From: Candidatus Thorarchaeota archaeon
GTDB taxonomy: Archaea > Asgardarchaeota > Thorarchaeia > Thorarchaeales > Thorarchaeaceae
DNA: 47,500 nucleotides
Direction of reading: 5' to 3'
Assembly: GCA_048884965.1 (NCBI GenBank)
Contig: JBHLQH010000025.1
Location: 1 to 47,500 of the forward strand
The stretch's first letter is position 1. Each line of letters opens with the position of its first letter. This document shows, piece after piece, positions 18,594 to 27,155 of the stretch. The notes under the pieces are model-generated. The model saw only the letters and a list, made by a program, of their open reading frames with translations. It was not told where the DNA came from and ran no database searches. Position numbers and translations under genes: made by a program.

Positions 18594-19034
18594 TCACCGC
18601 TTAGACTCAAGAATAGACTTCAGTGTTTGAAAATTGTTAGTGGCACCTAGTTTGATCATATGGGCTGCAAAGAACGCATGCGCCTTGAACGGCAAACCAT
18701 CATCCTTGACTTTTCCATTTAGCAAAATTCTAGTGCTTGTACCTATTGGTTCAAAGGAATACCTATAGGTAAAGGGAGTAGGTCCTGTTAGAGTTTTAAT
18801 TGTTAGAATCTTGTTCTTTGTGTATTCAGTCACTCGATAGATATTCTCCACTCTCTTCTTGCCAATAACTCGCTGTATTCTATATTTACAACTCAGTTCA
18901 TCATCACAATCATCTATTCGTTCTACGCCTACTACTTCAGAATTCCAGCGAGGGTCGTTTTCTGTATCTGATACATACTCAAAAACATCAGTAATAGGAC
19001 AATTGATCAGAATACTAATCTCAAAATTTATCAT
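18594..19034 (-). CDS. SRPBCC/polyketide cyclase-like protein
   Basis: I.INCP..DVFEYVSD.EN.PRW, C-terminal helix LKSILE. Confidence 0.85.
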   Translation of the reverse strand: MINFEISILINCPITDVFEYVSDTENDPRWNSEVVGVERIDDCDDELSCKYRIQRVIGKKRVENIYRVTEYTKNKILTIKTLTGPTPFTYRYSFEPIGTSTRILLNGKVKDDGLPFKAHAFFAAHMIKLGATNNFQTLKSILESKR

Positions 19035-19661
19035 TTTTTCAACTCTGTATATTTCTGATGGGAAGGACTATCCCTTCTGATTCCTAGTGTGAATCAGAAC
19101 CTGATTCTGTGACTTCCTCTCTAGCTATTTTTGCTCCCAACTTCTGTTGTATCATTTTCAAAATATTATGCGGCCCTTGATCGTTCATCACTCGGTTTCT
19201 AGTATATCCGGTCTTCGAATTGATTTTCATTTCTTCCATTTGTCATATCCTGCAAAAATGAGTATAGATTAGCAAGTCAATTAGGCTGATATCACTAAAA
19301 AGAACAGATAAAACAAAAACCAGAAAATACAGTCTGGATTCAGTAGTACTTGATGCTAATCTATTTCTTCCTTTATGCGGTCATTCTATTCACCTAATGC
19401 CTAATAAACTTGGACCTAGAGCCGGAAATCTCTAATGGACGCCCCTTTGGATGCAAGATGGTAGATATTGAGCACTTTCTACAATCAAGAAGCAAGTTTC
19501 TGAAGGAATAAGTGAACCTTCTTGGCAACTACAAGTATGCGACCTATCTCTGAGTATATTCTACATAATAATGCTGAATAATCAGCTAGAACTAAATGGG
19601 GGGTTAGTTTCAGAATAAATGGTATTAATTATCTTGAACTACTATCCAATGGTGATACGTT

Positions 19662-19994
19662 ATGGATACAAATGATACAAACGATATCGATGGAAAGCTC
19701 ATCCGCTGGAACGATATTTTTGATCAGCTGGTCATTGATGTACAGACCTTGATCAAGGACTTTTCAGGGATAATCGACTTTCCTGTTCCGTTAGCGATAC
19801 TAATGTTTGCCATTGGAGGCGCATCATTTGCTGCAACGATACTACTCAGTGGGGATTTGCTTGTCATTGTCTATGTCTTCTTCCTCATGTGTATTCTAAT
19901 TGTTTCGGGGATATTGATTCTCCGGCATTGGTATACAATGAAGACACGATATAATCGACTCTTTGCTATGCAAAAAGCATTGGAGTCTACTTAG
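19662..19994 (+). CDS. two-TM membrane protein
   Basis: two hydrophobic helices; TATA-like TATTAATTA upstream. Confidence 0.7.
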   Translation: MDTNDTNDIDGKLIRWNDIFDQLVIDVQTLIKDFSGIIDFPVPLAILMFAIGGASFAATILLSGDLLVIVYVFFLMCILIVSGILILRHWYTMKTRYNRLFAMQKALEST

Positions 19995-20005
19995 GGGGTG
20001 CCAAG

Positions 20006-20302
20006 ATGGCTCCCCGCCGCGCTCCTGATGTCATTGCTCTTGAATTATTAAACTGTGTAGAAGAGAATGGAGAAGCGTCCAAGTGGGACCTTATCAAGGT
20101 CCTTGGAAATGAAACACAGTTCATACTATGGATTGAGAGGTTCTTCTTACCTGAGAAAGTTCTTACGGAACGCCGAGATGGAAGACGATACTACTACAAG
20201 AAAACGGAGCGGGGCGAGCAGTTCCACAAGCTACTGAAAAGCAGCAGTTTGATCAAGCTGTTTAGTAGCGTTAGTGGACGACGGTTGAAATTAGAGTCAT
20301 AG
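20006..20302 (+). CDS. winged helix-turn-helix protein
   Basis: RR...IALELL, wing RRYYYKKTERG; SD GGGGGTG. Confidence 0.7.
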   Translation: MAPRRAPDVIALELLNCVEENGEASKWDLIKVLGNETQFILWIERFFLPEKVLTERRDGRRYYYKKTERGEQFHKLLKSSSLIKLFSSVSGRRLKLES

Positions 20303-20404
20303 CCTTTGAAGGAATTCAATCTGCACCACTTACCGAGTCTAAATCCAACCACCATATATTTTCTGACACTAAGAGAAAGATCGCCGAGGCCTCCAGACTC
20401 AACG
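20297..20404 (-). repeat. diverged copy of the mvhD promoter, SD and first ~6 codons (5' remnant)
   Basis: aligns to 17400-17511 at offset 2897; 40/49 identical over 20320-20368; ATG has become ATT. Confidence 0.85.
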
Positions 20405-20409
20405 AGAAT

Positions 20410-20946
20410 CTATCGTAGTTGCCTGCTCATCCAAACATGGGTTACACCATCGGCTGTTTCTGGTCTCTCTATATGGTGAATTAGGAACCCATTTGATTCG
20501 TAGAACTTTCGAGCCCTCTCGTTCTCTTGTACATACTCCACAAAGAGGTTCTTGATATTGTCAGGTAGCATTTGAATGACTCGATTGATGAGAGATGTTC
20601 CGATTCCTTTTCCTCTATTGCTCAACAGGACAAATACTTTCCATAATACAGCTTGATAGGACTCTGCTTCTCCTAGACCCAATGCATGGGCCTTTGCTTT
20701 CTCCAGCACTTCGCATTCGATATAACCTACAATCTGCTCATCCAACTTGGCCACTAAGGTGATATGATTGGTGGACAGAATGGTCATTTCAAGATAGGAT
20801 CTAGACCACCATTGGGATAATGCGGTCCTTATCAGTGAATCAGACATGATATCGCGAAAGGTGTCCCACAATGACCGCTTCCCAATCTCTCTTATGTCAG
20901 GAATATCTTCGATCTTTGCGTCCTGAATTATCAGCAAACAGTTCAC
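20410..20946 (-). CDS. GNAT acetyltransferase
   Basis: NRGKGIGTSL, NERARKFYESNGF. Confidence 0.88.
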   Translation of the reverse strand: MNCLLIIQDAKIEDIPDIREIGKRSLWDTFRDIMSDSLIRTALSQWWSRSYLEMTILSTNHITLVAKLDEQIVGYIECEVLEKAKAHALGLGEAESYQAVLWKVFVLLSNRGKGIGTSLINRVIQMLPDNIKNLFVEYVQENERARKFYESNGFLIHHIERPETADGVTHVWMSRQLR

Positions 20947-21026
20947 CTACCTACCATGGTGGTCTTGTACACCCACATAGATTCTCTTGAATTCTCTTCT
21001 TGGTCGAAGCAAGGCAGAACTTGTGA

Positions 21027-21950
21027 TTATATGAATACAGTACACCCTTTCTGTTCAAGCTGCTTTGCCTGCTCAGGTTTGAAGGTCAGTCTGTTCCATC
21101 TAAGATCCAGCTTTTCAAGGTGTGGCAAACTGATGAGATGTTCTGGAAATGATGTCAAGTGGTTCGCTCTTAGGTCCAAATATCTGAGATTCTTCATATT
21201 GACTAGAGTTTCTGGGAGGGATCTCAGGCTGTTATACCTCAAATTCAGGTCCGTAAGACTTGCCAGGTTTCCCATCTCTTGAGGGAGTGCGGTCAACCTA
21301 TTTCCTTGAAGGTCCAACCTCCTCAGACTCGTGAGCTCTCCAATTGACGCGGGGAGAGTTATCAGCTTGTTGTTCATCAGATGTAACTCCCTCAGATTCT
21401 TCAATTGGCCAAGAGATTCGGGTAACGTGGAGAAGGAATTACCCTGCAGACGAAGCTCGATGAGACAAACAAGTTCTCCAATCCAATCTGGAAGAGAGTT
21501 CAGTAGGTTATCCGCTACATTCAGATAGATAAGGCTACTCAGCTCCTGCAATGGTTCAGGGAGTGAAGCCAACTGGTTATCACTCAGGTATAGAAATTCA
21601 AGTCGATTCAGATTTCCGACAGAATGAGGCAATGAGGCCAATTCATTGTGACCCAAATCCAGCATTGTGAGATTTGTGAGATTTCCTATGCCCTTGGAAA
21701 GTGAAGAGAATTTGTTCTCTGCTAGGTTTAGTGTTCGAAGATTCGATAAATGACAAATCTCCTCAGGAAGGCAAGTCAGAATGTTCTGATATAGACTCAA
21801 TTTGGTAAGCTGCCTTAGCTGACCAATAGTAGTAGGTATGGAATCCAGGCTATTCTGATCAAGAATTAACTCTTCACAAATAGCTAGTTCACTGGATGAG
21901 CTTGGAAACGAAGACAATCGAGCTCCAGTCAAATCCAATATCCTCGTCAT
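21027..21950 (-). CDS. leucine-rich repeat protein (~12 repeats of 23 aa)
   Basis: LxxLxLxxNxLxxLPxxIGxL repeats along the whole length. Confidence 0.95.
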   Translation of the reverse strand: MTRILDLTGARLSSFPSSSSELAICEELILDQNSLDSIPTTIGQLRQLTKLSLYQNILTCLPEEICHLSNLRTLNLAENKFSSLSKGIGNLTNLTMLDLGHNELASLPHSVGNLNRLEFLYLSDNQLASLPEPLQELSSLIYLNVADNLLNSLPDWIGELVCLIELRLQGNSFSTLPESLGQLKNLRELHLMNNKLITLPASIGELTSLRRLDLQGNRLTALPQEMGNLASLTDLNLRYNSLRSLPETLVNMKNLRYLDLRANHLTSFPEHLISLPHLEKLDLRWNRLTFKPEQAKQLEQKGCTVFI

Positions 21951-22046
21951 AGCAATCCCTTTCTGTGTGATAGTAGTGTCTTTTTCTCATTTTCGTCCCA
22001 AAATGCCAGAAACAGACTCTACCAATCATAATATGGAACACGTGTT

Positions 22047-22196
22047 CTAACTTGATTCTACTATTCGATGCTGAACATATTTTCCACAACTGGTACAGCG
22101 CAGGTGGACTATCTTCACTTCTTTCCCTTTTTCTGATATCGATTCATAATGCTTCTCTCTGAGTCTACCTTCACAGTGCGGACACTTGGTAATCAT
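22047..22196 (-). CDS. 49-aa zinc-ribbon microprotein (CPHC...CTSC)
   Basis: manual translation MITKCPHCEGRLREKHYESISEKGKEVKIVHLRCTSCGKYVQHRIVESS*; SD-like AGGATGAG; not in ORF track. Confidence 0.75.
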   Translation of the reverse strand: MITKCPHCEGRLREKHYESISEKGKEVKIVHLRCTSCGKYVQHRIVESS

Positions 22197-22357
22197 TGTC
22201 AATTCTCATCCTGAATATCTTCAAGATTCCATGCTCATCAACTGGGATAAAACAACCGGATTCGGACAAAATCGTATGAGCGTCGGAATGGACTGCAAAC
22301 ACAATTGCTTTGGAGGGAATTGAAATATCAGTTCTATGCCGCATTCAGGAGTGGTGG

Positions 22358-22777
22358 ATGATGGTATTGAGTGATCCAGCGTTTCATGAGATCGAAGAAA
22401 TCAAAGCAGCGGTCATGGAGTATGTCGAGGGTGTGGTCGAGTTCGATTTTCCAAAGGGGATGAATCCTTGGCATCCAGATGGATTGAAGATTTCCTACGA
22501 CTCTACTAACGGAGAACTTGTACGAGAAACGATTCTCCAAAGCAAACCGGACCTTACAACAGAGGAAATCGAACAGGCAAAAGCCAGGATCTCGCAGAGT
22601 GGTCATATTGCTTCTGTCGACAGAACTGGAAATGCGGCTTCTGTAAAGCTACTATGGCTATCAAGATCAGCTGTCAATCTTAGAGAATACACCGATTATA
22701 TTCTATTGCTAAAGATAAAGAATGAGTGGAAGATAGTATCCAAAGTGACCCATATCAATGAGATTCAAATCGATTGA
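22358..22777 (+). CDS. NTF2-like (lumazine-binding/SnoaL) protein
   Basis: I...V.EYVEG, HPD, I.SVD.TGNAASVK, YTDY..LLK....WKIVSK. Confidence 0.85.
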   Translation: MMVLSDPAFHEIEEIKAAVMEYVEGVVEFDFPKGMNPWHPDGLKISYDSTNGELVRETILQSKPDLTTEEIEQAKARISQSGHIASVDRTGNAASVKLLWLSRSAVNLREYTDYILLLKIKNEWKIVSKVTHINEIQID

Positions 22778-22801
22778 GTAATTCAGAACGTGCATTTCGA
22801 A

Positions 22802-23557
22802 TCATACCGAAGGTCTGATGGGTGTCTTCAGATACTCGCGAATGTTATAGATGTGTTCGCGTTCGTGCTCAAGAAATCGACGTACCACCTTATGTGCTGT
22901 CCATTCTTCCTTTGGATAGCTGGTGTATTCCTGTCTTTGAAATATGCTCTCTCCTTTGATAGGAATGAGGTCTCTGAGAGTTTTGATACACGCATTTCGT
23001 ACAACATCAAGTCGTTTCATGATTGGAAGTTCATCTGCATCAGCGACAGGCATTCCAAGATGCCTCTCATAGGTTTCGTCCGCTTCCATTCCCAGTCGAG
23101 AAGTATAGAACTCCTCTGCATTGCATACATGCTGCAGGATATCTTCAATACTTCTGCCTTTCCCAGTTGGTATCTCATTGAGTCGTTCTACATTGACACT
23201 TTTGCACAAATCCAGCAAATCCAGTCGATTATATCCCATATATCGAAGGGCAGTGCTCAGCAACTTTTCTTCGATTTGGACGATGTCAAAATCAAATAGA
23301 GCGACCTCCCCTCCAGACTCTCCGAGCTCATCAATACCCGTTATCTCTTCTCTGATATTCAAATCTGGGTCTTCAATCGATGGGGACGGTTCTCCATGTC
23401 TTTGGAGCCACCGCATGTGATATCTCCCCTCTGCCACCAATTCATTGAGCAGCTCACTTTTGTTCACTGCACGTGCGTGTGTACCGAGGAACCCTATGAC
23501 TCTCCCATACCAGAGGCTTGTAGTTCCATTCTCTATGGCGACATCTAAGACTTGCAT
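22802..23557 (-). CDS. DinB-family metalloprotein with HicB-like N-terminal domain
   Basis: ILQHVCNAEEFY and WTAHKVVRRFLEHEREH; N-terminal G.HA.A......L....WL.RHGE. Confidence 0.75.
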   Translation of the reverse strand: MQVLDVAIENGTTSLWYGRVIGFLGTHARAVNKSELLNELVAEGRYHMRWLQRHGEPSPSIEDPDLNIREEITGIDELGESGGEVALFDFDIVQIEEKLLSTALRYMGYNRLDLLDLCKSVNVERLNEIPTGKGRSIEDILQHVCNAEEFYTSRLGMEADETYERHLGMPVADADELPIMKRLDVVRNACIKTLRDLIPIKGESIFQRQEYTSYPKEEWTAHKVVRRFLEHEREHIYNIREYLKTPIRPSV

Positions 23558-23610
23558 GGGTATCAGCTAGTAAGTTCTTTTCTTCCTCATATTCTCACCG
23601 ATATCTATTC

Positions 23611-24228
23611 TCAGACTGTAAGATTGTTCGAGAATACAGTATAGATTGCGGTCACGAGCCCATTCATAGCACCAACTGGCTCAAGCAGGTCCGCATCTAC
23701 CATGTTCAGATCAGGAGTCCCCATTCCTGACTTGAATAGGATATGCCCTTTCTCAGTCTGCAGGGTCCATATACTGGCCCACCCACCATCGTTGTAGGTG
23801 ATGACCATGTGGAATCCGATGCTATCTCCGGCTATCAGGATCGTAGTTAGATTATCCTCTGATTGCACCGTCAGATTCAGACCAGCGCTGAGTGCATCAC
23901 TAATCGAGGTGACTTCGTCGTCGGTCACCGAAAAGGTCCTGTCATATATCTCAGGACTCTCCCATCCTTCTGAATCGTCCACAAAGTTGGCAGTAACCAC
24001 CCATTCCGAACCCTCTATACCAAAGGTTGCCTCCATGAGCTCCGGATAGACGATATCCGTGCTATTGGCCAAGATGGTGATTGAACTGACACCTGATGTA
24101 TTGATACTGCCATCATCATCTGGTATGTTGATTAGGACGATTGCACTCGCTGCCACCGCAAGCACGACTATGGTTGCGATTACTGCCAGTTTTGTACCCT
24201 GGGTATCCACAAGAATCCCTCCATACAC
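23611..24228 (-). CDS. N-terminally anchored acidic surface protein
   Basis: KLAVIATIVVLAVAASAIVLI then an acidic domain. Confidence 0.7.
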   Translation of the reverse strand: MYGGILVDTQGTKLAVIATIVVLAVAASAIVLINIPDDDGSINTSGVSSITILANSTDIVYPELMEATFGIEGSEWVVTANFVDDSEGWESPEIYDRTFSVTDDEVTSISDALSAGLNLTVQSEDNLTTILIAGDSIGFHMVITYNDGGWASIWTLQTEKGHILFKSGMGTPDLNMVDADLLEPVGAMNGLVTAIYTVFSNNLTV

Positions 24229-24277
24229 TGGACCAATATATGCTGCATTTCATCTTTACCTTTTCCATCTAAGAATT

Positions 24278-25138
24278 CTATACGGTATCTTGGATGAGAG
24301 ATGATGTGACCACCTTCCGTCCAGTAAAGACAAGATATCCAAGATGCGCGAATCCCTCTTCAGCTGTAAGGGTCGCAGTCTTGCGCAATCTCATCAATTT
24401 CATCATTTGTCGTCGTACAGTGCCATTGATAATCATGTGGTACACCATCTTCAAGGTGGCCTTTGCAGCACCTGCGCGACCCCGTGTAAGAATGAGTACA
24501 TCTCTGTAGGCTTCTTCTATGTCTACTTCACTAAAGTCGGTCTTGCTGATTATAGATTTCCAATTATCGATATCAAGAATTGAAACATCGATTCCGAGGA
24601 GGGTCGACATTGTACTACTGAAGACATCTATAACTTTTGGATCGACATCCTTCTTGACAAAGAGATCTAGTGTGCCAACAATCCCACCTGGCTTTACGAC
24701 TCTCATGAGCTCTCGAAACGCCTGTATCTTATCTGGGAGCAGGGCAACAATAGCTACCCCATAGACTGCATCAAACGAACCATCCTCAAATGGGAGTTTC
24801 AGTGCGTTTGCCACCTGGAAGTGGGCGTTATTCAAGCCAAGTCCATCAGCTCGTTCTTGAGCCTTCGAAACAAGTATCTCTGAGATATCTATCCCTGTAA
24901 CCTGACAACCGTATTCCTTTGCTATCATACAGCTAGTGAAACCGGATGCACATCCTACCTCGAGAACTCGGAATTCTTTATCATGTGGAATCTTTAGTTG
25001 ATCAATTAGGCGCCGAGTCCCATCCAAGCCGCCGATATATGGCGAATCGAATGCACCGATATATCCCAAGAAGTCATAGATTCCAAGCTCAGCTACTTCC
25101 TTTCTATTCAATTTCTTAGTCATTATCATATCCTTCAA
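24278..25138 (-). CDS. class I SAM-dependent methyltransferase
   Basis: VLEVGCASG, VTGIDIS, LPFEDGSFDAV, RVVKPGG; start may be a few codons downstream. Confidence 0.92.
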   Translation of the reverse strand: MKDMIMTKKLNRKEVAELGIYDFLGYIGAFDSPYIGGLDGTRRLIDQLKIPHDKEFRVLEVGCASGFTSCMIAKEYGCQVTGIDISEILVSKAQERADGLGLNNAHFQVANALKLPFEDGSFDAVYGVAIVALLPDKIQAFRELMRVVKPGGIVGTLDLFVKKDVDPKVIDVFSSTMSTLLGIDVSILDIDNWKSIISKTDFSEVDIEEAYRDVLILTRGRAGAAKATLKMVYHMIINGTVRRQMMKLMRLRKTATLTAEEGFAHLGYLVFTGRKVVTSSLIQDTV

Positions 25139-25140
25139 TA

Positions 25141-25210
25141 ATCGAGTTCGACTCGAATTCTATTACTTAATCCAACCTTATTATTCTTTCGATTCCGACT
25201 CGAATTCGAA
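25141..25210. promoter_or_regulatory. pair of imperfect palindromic operators between divergent methyltransferase and TetR genes
   Basis: ATCGAGTTCGACTCGAATTCTAT (25141-25163) and TTCGATTCCGACTCGAATTCGAA (25188-25210) share CGACTCGAATTC. Confidence 0.7.
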
Positions 25211-25246
25211 GGGATTATATGAGTACGTACCTCTAAATGCTTCAAG

Positions 25247-25855
25247 ATGAGAACCTCGAAAGCCAAGGAACGTATCCTGCAAACCGCAGAGGATGCAATA
25301 CGAGAGAAGGGCTATGCCAATCTAAATGTAAATGATATTGCGTATCTAGCCAAGGTAAGTATTGGCACTCTATACTATCATTTTCCTGACGGTAAAATCT
25401 CCATACTCACTGAGATTCTCTCACGAATGCAACAAAATGCACTTGAATCAAGAGAGATTTTGCTAGGCACCGATCTCATGAAAGGAGGGACGTTTGATGA
25501 GATTCTTGGGCGGCTATTATCGATTGTCCTTCAACAACGACGAAAGGATCGACAACTATTGGCAGCTGTACAATCTGAGATGCTTGCTGATTTGAGCCAA
25601 TACAAGGAGGTCGTGGAGTCATACGAGTCGCATGAAACCATGCAACAGGGTTGGAGGATCTTCGTAGATTTCATTGATAAGATATCCAAGCAGTTTCCTG
25701 ATGACTCGATCAGTATCAAGGGATATGAAACACGGATCGAGAGGACCCTTGGCACACTGATGACCTATCAGATAATGTTTCCAAACTATCTTGGAACAGA
25801 TGAGGAATTTGTCAGGATACTTCTAGGTATCATACGTCTGATTACTAAGGGATAA
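25247..25855 (+). CDS. TetR/AcrR family transcriptional regulator
   Basis: ILQTA.....EKGY....V.DIA..AKVSIGTLYYHFP.GK. Confidence 0.93.
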   Translation: MRTSKAKERILQTAEDAIREKGYANLNVNDIAYLAKVSIGTLYYHFPDGKISILTEILSRMQQNALESREILLGTDLMKGGTFDEILGRLLSIVLQQRRKDRQLLAAVQSEMLADLSQYKEVVESYESHETMQQGWRIFVDFIDKISKQFPDDSISIKGYETRIERTLGTLMTYQIMFPNYLGTDEEFVRILLGIIRLITKG

Positions 25856-25952
25856 CACTGCTGAATCCTTTGTTACCTTCTAGTAACCTACTTACTTAAG
25901 TGATACAAATGTATTTATTATAGTTAATTCCTATATAGTATGTGTGGTTAAA

Positions 25953-27146
25953 ATGAAACCGATAGAAGTTGTTAAGGATGTATACTGGGTTGGAGCGATT
26001 GACTATAATGTGCGAAATTTTCATGGATACAGCTATTCTGTACATAATGGCACGACATTCAATGCATATCTCATTGTAGGTGAGAAGATTGCCCTTATTG
26101 ATGCGGTTCAAGGCCCTTTCTCAGAGGAGATGTTTAGTAGGATATCAGAGATTATTGACCCAAAGAAGATTGACTATATGATCTCAAATCACGCTGAGAT
26201 GGACCACTCAGGAGCGATACCTGCGGTGTTGGAGCGCGTTCCCAACGCTACTCTAATTTGTACCGAAAAGGCCGTAGATGTCCTAGAGAAGCATTACCCA
26301 GACGGTTGGAAGAAAAAGACCGTAGGAACTGGAGATGAGCTAGACCTTGGTGGAAAGACACTTCGCTTCTTTGAAGCTCCTATGCTTCACTGGCCTGAAA
26401 CGATGTTCACCTACTATGTTGAGGAGGAAGTATTGCTACCGAATGATGCCTTTGGGCAACACTATGCAACCGAAGAAAGGTTCGCTGATGAGGTCAATCA
26501 AAATACTCTGTGGCGCGAAGCTGAAAAATACTATGCCAACATCCTATGGCCCCTCAGTCGAATGGTCGCAAGGAAGATCGAAGAGGTTGTTGAACTAGGA
26601 TTACCCATCAAAATCATTGCACCTTCTCATGGACTGATCTGGAGGAAAGACCCTCTGAATATAGTGATGCGTTATTTAGAATGGGCAAAAGGAGAACGAA
26701 TGAGCAACAAGATAGTGATTGCATGGGACACGATGTGGGACAGTACTACAAAAATCGCAAGAGCTATGGCTGAGGGCATCAAAGATGCAGGGATGACACC
26801 CTTGTTACGTCTGATTCCTCATAGTGATAGAAGTGATATCATAGCAGATCTCTTGGAGGCAAAAGGAATACTCATCGGGAGCTCGACGCTACATAATGAA
26901 TTTCTTCCAACGATTGCACCTTTGCTAGCAGACTTTGAAGCATTGAAACCAGTGGGCAAGAAAGCAGCAGCCTTTGGATCATATGGTTGGGCTGGTGGCG
27001 CTACAAAGAAGATCGAGGAAGCGATGAAGAATGGAAAGATGGAGATCGTAGCAGAGCCATTTACGGTAAAGTGGGTTCCAGATGAGAACGAACTCAGGAA
27101 TGCCTACGAGTACGGGAAGGCATTCGCTGAGAAATTGAAGGACTAG
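25953..27146 (+). CDS. fprA: flavodiiron protein (class A; O2/NO reductase)
   Basis: GTTFNAYLI, NHAEMDHSG, LHWPE, DAFGQH, PSHG, flavodoxin domain with FGSYGW.GG. Confidence 0.93.
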   Translation: MKPIEVVKDVYWVGAIDYNVRNFHGYSYSVHNGTTFNAYLIVGEKIALIDAVQGPFSEEMFSRISEIIDPKKIDYMISNHAEMDHSGAIPAVLERVPNATLICTEKAVDVLEKHYPDGWKKKTVGTGDELDLGGKTLRFFEAPMLHWPETMFTYYVEEEVLLPNDAFGQHYATEERFADEVNQNTLWREAEKYYANILWPLSRMVARKIEEVVELGLPIKIIAPSHGLIWRKDPLNIVMRYLEWAKGERMSNKIVIAWDTMWDSTTKIARAMAEGIKDAGMTPLLRLIPHSDRSDIIADLLEAKGILIGSSTLHNEFLPTIAPLLADFEALKPVGKKAAAFGSYGWAGGATKKIEEAMKNGKMEIVAEPFTVKWVPDENELRNAYEYGKAFAEKLKD

Positions 27147-27155
27147 ACCTTTCAA

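Noticed and set aside
11567-25138. Integron-like cassette array (GNATs, SDR, SRPBCC, DinB, NTF2-like, methyltransferase)
   Set aside because: Genes are in mixed orientation, no integrase is present, and I found no recurring RYYYAAC...GTTRRRY attC structure in the spacers.
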